64,000 nt of DNA from contig NIVC01000695.1 of NCBI GenBank assembly GCA_002269645.1, positions 409,522 through 473,521 on the forward strand, given 5' to 3'. This stretch comes from Macrostomum lignano. Lineage: Eukaryota. Of this stretch, positions 11,912-24,780 are shown in pieces; positions within the stretch are counted from its first letter, which is position 1, and the number at the start of each line of letters is the position of its first letter. The notes below the pieces were generated by a model. That model saw nothing but the letters and a program-made list of their open reading frames with translations. It was not told where the DNA came from and did not search any database. A program made the position numbers and the translations under genes.

Positions 11912-14306
11912 CTCTCACAAAACTCCTTAGTGATAAAAAAGGACTTAAATATTTTAAGTTCTATTCAAAAGTTAAGTGGTCTTTGGTAAAAGTGATTAAA
12001 GTTTCCTATCAGTTTCTATTAGAAACATGAACCACTTAGTGTGTCCAAACCTTAATTTTGAATTCCTCGAAGTCCTCAGTTCATAATCGCTGTCAACTGG
12101 TATTATCCGCTGAGCTGTTTTTTGTACACACGATAAGAGATTCGCTTCACACTCTTCTCTTGCTAGTCTCAGTAGGCAGCTAAAATAAAGTATAAATTAG
12201 AGGACCGTTCATGTTTGGGAAGTGCAAGCATACCAATTAATTTGAAATACGAAATCTCCCATTTCAGCGGTCATGTCACCTACTCACGAATGATTGACGT
12301 CACACGAAATGATTTTCAGCACGAAATGAGCCACTTTCCTGTACTATACATACTACTGCCAATAGCGGTGGAAGTTTCTTCTACCATTTTCTTCCCTGCC
12401 TTCCCCATTTTCCTTCCCTCTCCCCCATCTGTTTTTATCCTTTGTCTACCCCTAGTCTACGGTAGCAAAATAAAGAGCATACATACCAGTCATGAATATC
12501 CGTTGTTTGAGTTGTTACCAACTATTACCAACTATTATACAAATATACAAATATTAACAGCAATAGGAATGTAATCCAATATACTAAAATGGTTTATGAG
12601 TGTCTGTGGTTACAGGGGGGATAGCATATTGCCTAAGCAAAAAAAACACGGCACACTGGCTGTCTCTACAGATCCCCAACCCCCCTACCCCATTGCTCAA
12701 CTTCAAATCGAAAGAGCTAGTTCATTTAGCTTGTTTAGCAGAACTGCCGCCTTGCAACACAGGGATAAAAATGGGGGGTGTTCTATTATAGCTTCCAGTC
12801 CGTATCTCTAGAAGTCCCTGGTCAGACTAAGCGTGAGAGAGAGGGTTGGAATTGTCAGCCTCCCGCTCAACTCAACCCTTGTCAATGCGATACGGCAACG
12901 AAATCTGACTTACTCGAAATGTGAAAATCTAACTTTATTCAGCGAATAGCACAATAAGTCATGCAGACAAAATTATCAGCTGAATTTAATATTATTTTTT
13001 TTTATTATTTACTTAGACTTAGCAGAATCGCGATTTGTATAAGAGCTCAGCTCAAATATCAGGAATTCCATTGGGTATTACTCCTATATGTTAACTCTGC
13101 TTTTATCCCTGACGCTTTTCACAGGAACAATGCCAACTGCATGAATCTGCGCCGTCCAGATTTCTTCAAGACGAAGATGACCGTGAGTTTCTAATGCAAG
13201 GCCTGCGCGAGGGATTTTGCCTGATCACCGAAACTCGTTCCGCCAATCCGATGTCGAGAATTATGTATGGCTCATGCAAGCTGCATGAACGAGAGCAAGG
13301 TCGAGAAGCAGATCTACTGCTACCGTCGCGCCGCAAAGAGACCCACGAAAGTGTCTGTCAGTGTAGAAACATTTGACGAAAAACTGTAAGAGTTGTAAGA
13401 ATCGATCCACTTTTCAGATAAAAATAGTTACAATACAGCTGTGCTGGGTGAGAGATCTTAGTACGATGACATGCTCGAAACTTCTGTGCATTTAGTTAGA
13501 ATAGTAAAGCCTCGCTATTTCATCTGGGAGACAATGTGTACAGTATTTTGGAACTACATTCAGGCTTTGCTGATTTTTACAAAGCAAATAAACTGCAGAA
13601 TGAATTTTGGAACGTCTTTGACTTCTTCTTTTCGGCGGATATAGCTCGTAGATAGAGTTAGCTAATTATTAAACTTTAACTTACGCGTGTGACTCTCCAA
13701 ACTCTTTAGTGATAATTGCTCACAATCCTCAGCTCTTACTCGCTGTCAACTAGTCTTATATGCACTGAGTTTAGGACCTCACCTGTGACCACACACAAGT
13801 TCTAATTTGACTATCGGTGTAGAACTTTTCGTACACACGATTAGAGATTCGCTTCACTCTTGCTACTCTTCAGTAGGCGATTTCCTAAGATAGAAATCGG
13901 AAGTCGCATTGAAAAACTCGGTCCTTAATGAAGTTTCCTATGTATAGTTCTATGCATGCACACCAGTATTAGCCGGCCTCTCAATCGCTAATGGTGAACC
14001 AGGGGGAGAAACTAATTAGATATGAAAAGAAATAAATAGTGGCATCCTATTGTCGCCAACTCTATAGGTCACCGCTTCCATTTAAGAGCCTTAAGTTTAC
14101 ATAAAATCCCCTTTTCTCATTTATCCCCACCAAAATAGCCCCTAGGGACTGTGGGATTTCGTCAATGAAGGCGTTTCTTTTTTCTTTAGAAGAGAATTTT
14201 TCGCGTTGGTTCTATTTTTACTTGTTGCTTATAAAATGCTTTGGAGTTCACTTCCTCTCCTGATATGAGCAGTTAAAACTAATTTCAGCACTGCCGCATA
14301 ACAGCA

Positions 14307-15293
14307 ATGCCAAATGATACCTCCTCGCCAGTGTACAACTGGTTGGAATTGTACTATGGGAACGTCCAACAACCAAGGTAAGATTTTCTATGACCTGATG
14401 GCTATCCAGTCGCCCTAGAATTACATGTATATTTATGCAGTAAAACTGAAAGATGTTAAGATGTTAAGATACTTTGACCTCGATAACATTCTACTTAATT
14501 ATCTATAGTCAGAAATGAGAAAATTACCGATGCGCCTCGTCCCACAAAACATATTTGTGGTTTAGTTAGCATAGAATCAGAGTAAAGATTTTCAATAGTC
14601 TCGACAGACGTTGGGCGGCCCGAGGATTTTTAATTAACGCCCACGAAGCATGGTTTTATTATTGGTATTTTACCATAGGCATTCATGCTTAACTACTAAG
14701 TTTCTGATAATTTCATTATGTCGATCGCGATCAGCATATAGATGTGTCACACACTGCACCAATCAAAAATAACGTTTTTTCAATTAAACTACTAAGAATT
14801 TTATATAAGATTGCTTAAAATTTGCCAATCAATTTTACTATCTTACATCTTAATACATGGATATGCCGATCCAATAAATATTTCTGCAGCTTCGAGGAAG
14901 TCCTGGCTTCTGATACTGAGCGTAAGCTGAAACGGCAGGATTGTCCTGGAGCCCATTACTGTGGCAAATTAAATGATATCACGCAACTTCTAAACGTTAT
15001 TGGTCTGCCGAACGAAAAAATTGGCTATGGTAGGCCACTACGGTTGCTAACAAACGATTTTCAACTGACCATTAAAAAGATTGCTGATGGGTATGAAATC
15101 CACCTTGCTAAGGCCGTATATGGCCGAACGTTTTCAGAATGGTAAGTTTTACTGGAGCTACATTACTAGTCTAATAAATATTTATTATTTGAATTGCACA
15201 GATATTGCCAATAGTATTTAAGATGTACTAAATATAAAAAAAATAATATTCCATTTCAGATCGGTCACGCTTCCTTGCGGTTGCGCTATGTAG
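14307..15293 (+). CDS. Paralog B' (near-identical duplicate of B)
   Basis: Exons: 14307-14377, 14599-14664, 14890-15141, 15260-15293. The one difference seen in exon 1 (GGA>GGG) is synonymous in the proposed frame. Confidence 0.5.
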
Positions 15294-16574
15294 ATTGACT
15301 CGTACCCGGACAGTTCCTGTTGAGATCTGAGAGCTAATGACGATGCACATTGCGTGTGTCTGACCCAGTTTCGATCGGATCTCCGGGAGCTCTACCGGAA
15401 TGTCTTCCATGGAATTTATTTATCCATCTTTTTGCACATTCCATGGAACTGCATTGCATTCGTGTTCTTGCTGTATTCTACAGAAATAAACGCAAATAAT
15501 TTTTTGAAAGAATTATTTTTCGTTGACTCTTCATTTTGGCGGGTATAGAAAATTGTTTGATTTATAACTTTAATCTCTTTCCAATCCAACTATGAAAATA
15601 GGACTATCAATAGGACTTACATACTTACTTTTGATTTAAAAGTTTAGCGGTCTTTAGTCGAAGCTACTAAAGTTAGTGTCAGCTGGTCTTATCCACTGAG
15701 CTGAGGACCTCACTAACTACCTATGCAGAAATTGTGGAGATTCCCTTCACACTCTTCTCTCGCTACTCTCAGTAGGCAAGCTAAAATAAATTAGAAACTA
15801 AGGAAATTAATTTTTGGGAAGTACGAGCTTACTATAAATATTGTTTTAAAGTGCGTAATCTCCCATTTTCAGCGTTCGTCACCCATGCAGTCACGAGTCA
15901 CGAATGACCGACGTCACTCCGTCACCGAAACAGTGCGTTTTCGACAACACAGGCGCTGTAACCAACTTGATGACTGTTTTGGAGACATAAAGCTTCCGTT
16001 TTAAACACACAATGCAACAGTGCATTTTAAGTGCATTAATTCTTTTATGATTTCTTATCGCAATTCAATGAGGACTGAATTTCGAGCCCCTTTCCCTCTA
16101 CTGTACATACTACTGCCAGTAGCGATGGCATTTTCTTCCACCATTTTCTTCCCATTTCTTCCCCATTTTTCCGTTGTCTACGGTAGCAAAATAAATAGCA
16201 TATACATACTATTCATGAATATCTGTTGTTTGAGTTGCACAAATATTGCCAACAATAATAATGTAAATAAGATTGTCTAAATATTCAACGGTAATTATTT
16301 CATTGTACTGACAGCATATTGCCCAATCTACATATGCTTTGCTGTTAGAGTAGAATTCCCCATTTTGCCGATTTCATACTGCATCAAATGTCTTACACTT
16401 GCTTTTGCTGGACCTCTTTTTCTTCAGCTGTGCTTAGTTTATTTATTTATTCTTTATTATCTTTTATCTTTAAGCTTCCGGATGGTCAGCAGAGCTGACT
16501 ATGTACCAACAGCCTTTACTGCTGGTAATCTTTTAGAGTCTATGGTAAAAGAAAAGTTATGTGCTGCACAGTAG

Positions 16575-17038
16575 CCGTTCCTGCCGAGCATGGTCAGCAG
16601 CGCTGATCATACGAAAAATGGGTGAAAAAAGTCCTACATATCTGCAATGGAATGCAGCGACTCGGTTTCAGTATTCTCTGTGATGACATCATCAGTCTCA
16701 GAATTTCCATGCAAAATTTCTATGGTTGTAGCTGATTTACTTTTCAATAAACTGATATAACTGATATACTCTTATTAAGGAGGTGCAGTGCTTTCTCTTT
16801 CAAAAATGCCTGTTTGCAGAATTTAAAGTGAACTGTAGTGTCTATTGCTAGATATCGAGTGTACGCACTGCATAATCTATTCAGAGAGCATTAAGTGAAA
16901 TTTACATTTTGAGACTGCTTTTTTCGACCCTAGATTTGTCCAAGCCAAGTATAAATGCTCCATTCTCGGCTAGAAAGGCTTTGCACAGCGGCGCATTAAG
17001 ATTCTAGCTATAGTCTATGGTCAGCTCAGCTGGAACGG
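16575..17038. mobile_element. Second copy of the CCGTTCC-TIR element (right TIR partly deleted)
   Basis: Left TIR intact; the right end is reduced to CAGCTGGAACGG. Confidence 0.5.
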
Positions 17039-17475
17039 AGCTTTTGCATTTCTAGCTCCGGCGCGAAAAGGATCCTTCAGTATGCTTAACTCATGTCATT
17101 CACTCACTCATTTTTTTTCTCCCATTGCCTTTATTCGTCCCTATTTTAAAATACCGTTTTTAATTAACTACTGTGGAATTGAGTAAATCAAAATACTCAG
17201 TATGTGACAAGGGCCCTCCTTCGCCCTTGCCGCCTCTTTGCCTTCCTTTCTTGGCGTCGTTTGCTAAAGATCGAAAATTTTAATGCCAGAAGTCACGAGA
17301 GTCGGCTTTGGGCCGCTTTTAAGCATATGCAAAACACTTAGCAAACTAGATGCATTAAATTTATTGCGTATTGTATAATTTTGCCTCAATTAATAGATAT
17401 TTATTTTCGTTTCCAACTATTCTACATTCCCAGCTTTTATCAAAAAATAATAAAAGCTGGCTGATTGGCTGAATT

Positions 17476-19011
17476 ATGTATCCAGACGAGTTCGAGTATC
17501 CAGACGAGTTCGAGTATCCAGAAGAGTTCGAGTATCCAGAAGAGTTCGAGTATCCAGAAGAGTTCGAGTAAGTGTTCACATAAGCTGTCATTTCAAGTCA
17601 CTAATTATATCCCCATTAACTAGCTGATAACTAGCTATCAGCATAGATGTGTCACACTGCACCAATCAAAAATGAAGTTTTTTTTTTCAATTAAACTACT
17701 ACGAAGTTTATATAAGATTGTCACGTTATTTGATGTTGGCCGTGACCCTTAAAAGGGCCGTTTTAGTCCCAAAATAAGTTGAAGTCAACTTAGGCGAAGT
17801 GGATGGTGTAGCGGAGCACTTGGCGATAAAGGCAGGAACTGCCGTAGTTGTCTTTATTGTTAATATCAGTATTAAGTTTGGTTGTTACTGGCAATAAACA
17901 GACTATAGCTTTCTGGGCACTGGCGGCTGCAACAATGGGTTCTTTTAAGATAAATTGGATGTGAGTTCAAGCGACAGACGAGTGAGGTAATGGCGACGTA
18001 ACGTGATGATCAATGGCAATGAGTACAGAAGAGGCAGTGAGACGTAGTAGGCAGATGAGCAGTGGCGAAGTTGGCGTCAGTCGTGGCGTGAGGCAAGGAG
18101 GCTCGAGGCAGCCAGACAGAGAGAAGGAAAACAAGGCCGTAAAAACACACACAAGGCCAAGGACAGGCCGGGAGGAAGAGAGAAGCACAGATAAGGACAG
18201 GAGTGAGGAGTGCCCGCCGCCAGGCGGGGTTTAATAAAGGAGCGCAGAGGGGGGGTAGCGCGAAGCACGAGTGATTTCATTGGCTGGCGAGAGAACTTAA
18301 AATTATCGATCGTGCCAATTTTATACGGTCGCGAGAGAGGATAGCAAAATATACAGTGAATTAGAAATTGCCACAAAATCGTTGGCCATTACTACAAGTA
18401 AACGTCGCAATAAACGAATGGAAAAGTTTAGTTGAAACGGTGAAACTGAAGGGTTGAATGACTATGGAGAACAGCAGTCCAACGGCCCTTTTCAAGACCA
18501 CCTTAAACTGACAACGTCACAAGATTGCTTAAAATTTGCCAATCAATTTACTATCTTACATCTTAATACATGGATATGCCGATCCAATTAAATATTTCTG
18601 CAGCTTCGAGGAAGTCCTGGCTTATGATACTGAGCGTGAGCTGAAACAGCTGGATGATATTGGAGACCATTACTGTGGCAAATTAAATGATATCACGCAA
18701 CTTCTAAACACTATTGGTCTGCCCAACGAAAAAAATGGCATTGATAAACTTGTGCCACTACGGTTGCTAACAAAGAATTTTCAACTGAACAATAAAAATA
18801 TTGATGATGGGTATGAAATCCACCTGGCTAGGGCCGTATATGGCCTAACGTTTTCAGACTGGTAAGTTTTACTGGATCTAAATTACTAGTCTAATGAATA
18901 TTTATTATTTGAATTGCACAGATATTGCCAATAGTATTTAAGATGTACTAAATATAAAAAATAATATTCCATTTCAGATCGGTCACGCTTCCTTGCGGTT
19001 GTGCCATGTAG
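17476..19011 (+). pseudogene. Paralog D of unknown gene family, (YP[D/E]EFE)x5 first exon
   Basis: Exon 1 at 17476-17567; exon 2 deleted; exon 3 remnant ~17630-17678; solo LTR in the next intron; exon 4 open at 18604-18861; exon 5 at 18978-19011. Direct exon 1 to exon 4 splicing would be in frame. Confidence 0.5.
17719..18521. mobile_element. Solo LTR (803 bp)
   Basis: TG...CA ends with imperfect terminal IR (TGTCACGTT / AACGTCACA). 4-bp TSD AGAT at 17715-17718 and 18522-18525. The empty site TATAAGATTGCTT is present in paralog B (~7210). AATAAA at 18409-18414. Confidence 0.88.
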
Positions 19012-22000
19012 ATTGACTCGGACCCGGACAGTTCCTGTTGAGATCTGAGAGCTTATGACGATACACATTGTGTGTGTCCGACCCAGATTCGATCGGATCT
19101 CCAGGAACTGTACCGGGGTCAAATAAACGTCAAGTCAATGAATTTTTGGAACGTTTATTTTTCTTTGACTTCTTTTTGGCGTGCATAGAAAGTGTTATTA
19201 AGTTAACTTTAACTCTCTTTCCAATATCTGTAGTGGCAACTAGGACTAAAATATTTTAAGTTTGATTGAAAATTTTAGTGGTATTTAGTCAAAGTTACTA
19301 AAGTTACTTAAGTTTCTATTAGAAACATGAACCACTTAGTGTGTCCAAACCTGCAGTTGGAATTCCTCAAAGTCCTCAGTTCTTACTCACTGTCAACTGG
19401 TCTTATTTGCTAAGCTTTGGACTTCACCTGCAACCACCAACTACTGGTGCAGAGTTTTTTGTACACACGATAAGAGATTTGCTTCACACTCTTCTCTCGC
19501 TACCCTCAGTAGGCAAGCTAATACTAGACTAAAGTAGAAACTAGAGCAAAAATATTTTTGAAGTGCGAAATCTACCATTTCAGAGGCCAAGTCACCAATA
19601 GTCACGAATGACTGACGTCACTTCGTCGCTCAGAACGGACACTGAGCATTCGTGAATCTTCTACTACATGACTATTTTGGAGATATAAGGCCTCCGTTCT
19701 AGACACACAATGCAACAGTGCATTTTAATGCATTCATTTAAATGCTTCTTTATTGCATTTCACGAGTACTGACTTTCAGCACGAGATGAGCCCCTTCCCT
19801 TGTACTATACATACTACTGCCAGTAGCAATGGCATTTTCTTCCACCTCTGTCTTTCCCATTTTTTTCTTCCCTCTCTTCTCATATTTTATCTACCCTAGT
19901 CTACGGTAGCAAAATAAAGAGTCTACACACTAGTCATGAATATCCATTGTTTGCGTGGCACAAATATTACCAACAATAGGAACGTAAATATGATTGTCTA
20001 AATATTCAACGACAATATTCTATTTTGCCGTTACAGTATAATACAGATAGTGTGTGATAGATATCGAGATAGCGAGATAATTGATATTAGATAAGATCTG
20101 ATATAGAAAATGTAAATAATCCTTCGCATCATTTACTCTCCTTCGCAGCTGACGACAAAGTGACGCCGTCATCCGGTCGTAACTTTAACTGGAACTTTGA
20201 TTCAAAAAGTAAGTGGTCAAAGTTACTAAAGCTATTAGCATTTACTATTAGAAACGTGAGCTGATAACTGTGTCCAAATTTCTGAGGTTAAAATTCCTCA
20301 CAATCCCCAGTTATTTTATTCTCTTTCAGCTGGTCTTATCCGCTGAGCTGAGAACCTCACAGCTGCGACCGCACACAGAAGTTATATCGTATACCACGGT
20401 AAAAGACTCTTCTCTTCCTACTCTTCAGTAGGCTCAAAAAAGTCTCAAAAAAGAAGTCGGAAATCGCATTGAAGAAAACTGATCTGAGGCTTGAATGGAG
20501 TTTTCTAAGTAGTGCTATGCATGCACACTAGTATTTGCTGGCCTCTAAATAATGCTGAAGCAGGATGAGACACTTTATTTAGGAATTGAGAGCGATTAAT
20601 TTGAAGTGCAAAATTTCCCATTTCAGAAATCAAGTCACCTATAGTCACGAATGGCCAACGTCGCTCCATCACAGGACGCACTGGGCTTGACATCACAGGC
20701 TTTGCAACTTCGGTATTGAAGTAGAGAATTCAGACTTCCTGGTCATCTGGTCTGACGTGTGACTACATAATCATCTTCAATAAGCAATGCAGTTCCTGTT
20801 CATTCCCCACTAAGACAAGCGAATATCCCCTTTGACATTTTATTGGTACAGACCACTAGACTAACTGTGAGTCCAATCCAATCTTACGAGCGTATTTACT
20901 TACTCAATCAATCGGATCCCAAGCGTCAAAATAAAGAAAAGGAAATCCAACTTAGCACCAGTAACATCACCAAAGCATTGAACTTCCCAACTGGACTCAC
21001 CTGCCTACCGGGCCAACTTGAAACTAAGATGAGATTCACGCTAACAGAGTGCCATGAGGCCGAAATCCCAAATCGTCGAACGCCTACTTTTTGTCCACAA
21101 ACAAAAATCTACAACTAGAAATGGATTGGATGGATGCTAATTTTTACTGAATAGAAATTAAGATTTCATTCAAACATCTCGTCATCGTGAATTGATATTT
21201 TTGGGCAGTGAAAGTACATCGCTGTTTATGAACATGCTACAGAATTTTTTTTCCGTTTTTTTGTAGCAGACTTTTGTCTGAAAGAATTGATCAATCGGCT
21301 CTCTATGTTCACTCGGTACTCTTTGTTTTGATTGTTTTTTGTAATATTTGCGTTTACCTTTCTGATCACAATTTAGCAACGACATTTAAGCTTTTAAAAT
21401 GAGCTTTCAAACAGAATCTTGCTCGTAAATTCATTCATTGATACATGTAACAATCTGCTACCTCGTATCATATTTTTATGCAAGGTTAACAGCAGCTTCA
21501 AGAAAACACGTAGCTAGGGCTTTTAGTGCCAGCCGTTCACTCCGCCTGGGCAATGACCTTGGTTGACCCTCAGCTTCAGTTGGTAGCTCCTGCATGCAGA
21601 TTCCGATCAGTTCTCGTTGGCGAATTGTTATCTCTCGTTGGAGCAGCTTCTCTTGTTGGCGACTCTCTGCTGACTCTGTGGCGCAGACGGTCTCTAAGCT
21701 GTCCTACAGCCAGTTGGTCAATCGATAATTCAGTCATTGTAGATTTGGCAGATTGGAATCACGCATTTAAAAAAAATGGCTTTATTTATATTTTTTTTCA
21801 ATAATAATTTTTAATTTACATTAGAAATAAAACTGAATGATACATTTTGCAACTGCGGTGTTCCAATTTAAATCGATTTATTTGTGAATCATTTTTGCTT
21901 TTATCAAACCAAAACACTATTTAGCTTTTAGTCATAATCCAACGTCAAATCATGATCTGGTGGATTAACTAGTTGCTATTGGAAAGGTATTTTTTGAAGT

Positions 22001-22892
22001 AAGCATACTTTCAAGTCACTGCATCAAGAACTTAAATTGAAGAGATTAAGCTCAATTGGAGCGGGAGAGGAAGAGGAAATTTGAAGCGAAATCAGCGTTG
22101 TTTTCACCTCAGTGTTAAGAGTTTCTCGAGTTTCGCTTTTGGAATGACATCGCCTAAGTACAGAGTGCAAATACAGCAAAATCGTTAAAGCTCACTTTGC
22201 AAATCCTTCCATATGCCTATTAATGCATTTGTCAAGGACTACCCCAAGAAGTTCTTAAATAGTCCTTGATCTTAGAGGCATAGGTAAAAAAGTATGGCTT
22301 ACTTTTGACTTAGCTGCAGGGGGCATTGAATGCAGCGGGGAGGCAAAGGGGGGGGCAGTCCCTGGTGACATCGACTTTCAGTCGGTTGTTGGTCGATGAG
22401 TATAGTGTCCCTCAGTGGAATCCGTCGGTCTCCGGTCTCACACTCGTCGAGGAACCCAGTGTGGTGCCATGATCGATTTGAGTTCTACTTGGATGCTGCA
22501 CTACAGTGCTGGGCTATGGCCGTAAAGAAAGGTAGTTACGACCTTTAAAATCGGTGACTTTAAATAGACATAAGCAACATTTTTGTTCTCCTGAATACGC
22601 AGAGCCTGAATTTACAATCCGAGACAGAAATCCGCGACCGAAAAGGGATGTATGATAGCTGGAAAGTCGGCTTCAACTTATTGGTCTTATTAGCACTCTT
22701 TATATAAGCGGTGTCCGTCTTATTTCTGTGGTTATTCAGCGTCATTTATTGGGGAGGTTCGCAGTCCTACGCTGGTAGTGGGCCATTGTTTTAATAAAGA
22801 AGGATAAATTAATCTGTAGTTTTAATGTATAGTTCATATCCGGAGGCTTAAATATGAATAGATACCGATAGAATATCTGCTTTACCGTCCAG

Positions 22893-23102
22893 CAGGGTTT
22901 GTAGACTAGTGGTTAGACCGTCAGACTCACCACTGAAAGGTCGGGGTTCGATTCTCGACCCATGTGTGTCCTTGAGCAAGACACTTAACTCCGCATTGCT
23001 TCAGTTCATCCAGCTGTAAAATGGCTGCCAGCATTAGCTGGGGTAATTGGGGGTGTGTGCGATGCCCCCCCCCCACCCCCAGTCCTTGGACTGAACAGCC
23101 GT
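22893..23102 (+). mobile_element. tRNA-derived SINE
   Basis: Box A-like TAGTGGTTAG and box B GGTTCGATTC, followed by GTGTCCTTGAGCAAGACACTTAACTC...CCAGCTGTAAAATGG, which resembles the conserved central domains of metazoan SINE superfamilies. A second copy lies at 55681-55875. Confidence 0.8.
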
Positions 23103-23371
23103 ACGCAGCCTTCAGATGCGCCGCGCAATAGCTGCGGCTGAGCTGTCGGTTGCACATCTGGCCCAATTGGGGTGGGTGTAATTAATACGACCTATCGTAT
23201 TATACCGTCTAAAATCTTGCATATGACCGTATTTATATTTCATATAATTTATATTTCAGAACAGCATGCTTCAAGTCACGCAACAACCTATTTACAACTT
23301 GTTTGACCTCACTGACGATGCTTACAGCGTAGAAGTGACTGACAACTAAGCAGTTTAATAATTGTCTAGAG

Positions 23372-23600
23372 TTATCCATCGAGATGCGTAGGTTCCGTGT
23401 ACACCTGACATTCCTCTTAATTCTTCTTTATAACGCCGACACCATGGACGCTGACGGACTCGCTCGAACAGCAGTTGATGGCCTGCTGCATGCTGCGTTC
23501 AATATTGGTGATGTCAGCCTGGTCTGTCCCAAGCCACCTGTTGCGCCGTTGGCGACTCCAGCTGGCAGGCCACATCATCCGCGCTGAATCGTACTCATCA
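23372..23600 (-). mobile_element. Possible 3' fragment of an RTE-like LINE ORF
   Basis: RQRRNRWLG...SVHGV loosely resembles the RTE C-terminus as recalled (RGRQRMRWLD...AIHGV). Weak similarity only. Confidence 0.25.
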
Positions 23601-24326
23601 GTAAAGTACTCATTAAAGTAGCTCATAGTTACAATTATATTGTCTTCTCCAATTTAATGTTTAACTAAAACATTTTGTAATGTCGCTTTCAGAAGTTTGA
23701 GACTTCACAAACTCAAAACTTAATTTAACAAAGCAGTTAAAGCAGTTTTATCCTACTTGTAGTAGTTCAGGCCTGCCAATTTTTCACAGGTCAAAATGCA
23801 TTAACACGGTTCAATGATTTTTTTATTTATCTAGTCTTGTTAATCACTACCTTACAATGTGAGAGTCATAAAAAAGCGCTTTTGACTTCACTGGTAATAT
23901 CTTCACGCAATAAAGCTTGCTTTTTTTTATTAATTTTACTTCTTCAAATTCAAGTAGAAGTCAAGTACAAATTCACAAAACATAATCCTCCAGTACTGAC
24001 AATTATTGCAAGTACATACGATCGTACTTTGTTTCTTTGCAAATATACACGGTTTAACAATCTAATCAGTCTTCTCTAGACACTAAAGTTATTTTAAGAA
24101 ATTAATTTGGTCACGAGTTTAACTTTAGCTCAAAGTTAAGTTGGCATCTATAATTAATCTTAAAGTTCGTTTGAAACACCAATGCGACACACAGACCAAG
24201 TAAGTCTACAGATCTACGTACAGGTCTACAGATTTATTAATACTAATTGTATGTAATTAGAGATCACTAGAAGCTACCGTTACGATAAAACGGCAACTTA
24301 TAATAGTCCTTAATGATATGGTACTC

Positions 24327-24780
24327 TCCGGTCTGACTCCGGTCTGACTCCGATCTGACTCTGGTCTGACTCCGGTCTGACTCCGATCTGAATCCGATCT
24401 GACTCCGATCTGACTCCGGTCTGACTCCGATCTGAATCCGATCTGACTCCGATCTGACTCCGGTCTGACTCCGATCTGACTCCGGTCTGACTCCGGTCTG
24501 ACTCCGATCTGAATCCGATCTGACTCCGATCTGACTCCGGTCTGACTCCGATCTGACTCCGGTCTGACTCCGATCTGACTCCGGTCTGACTCCGGTCTGA
24601 CTCCGGTCTGACTCCGATCTGACTCCGGTCTGACTCCGGTCTGACTCCGGTCTGACTCCGGTCTGACTCCGGTCTGACTCCGGTCTGACTCCGGTCTGAC
24701 TCCGGTCTGACTCCGGTCTGACTCCGGTCTGACTCCGGTCTGAATCCGATCTGAATCCCATCTGAATCCGATCTGAATCC
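24327..24780. repeat. 11-bp minisatellite (G[G/A]TCTGACTCC)n, ~41 copies
   Basis: Direct tandem repeats. Confidence 0.95.

Larger units (their letters stand above)
10532..17567. repeat. Tandem segmental duplication unit 2 (~7.0 kb)
   Basis: Colinear with unit 1 except for a short deletion near 12305 and a different segment (12640-12875 replaces 4330-5277). Confidence 0.92.

Noticed and set aside
18270-18335. Resemblance of the solo-LTR segment (TTTCATTGGCTG...CCAAT...TCGCG) to 50078-50125
   Set aside because: Only short generic CCAAT-box motifs; not enough for homology.
21520-21760. Short minus-strand ORF (MTELSIDQLAVG...) with nearby PRRSERLA
   Set aside because: Could be a retroelement ORF start, but it is too short and broken to call.
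22310-22325. 14-bp match TTAGCTGCAGGGGG with 63978-63991
   Set aside because: May be a shared element end, but it is too short and the second copy is cut by the window edge.
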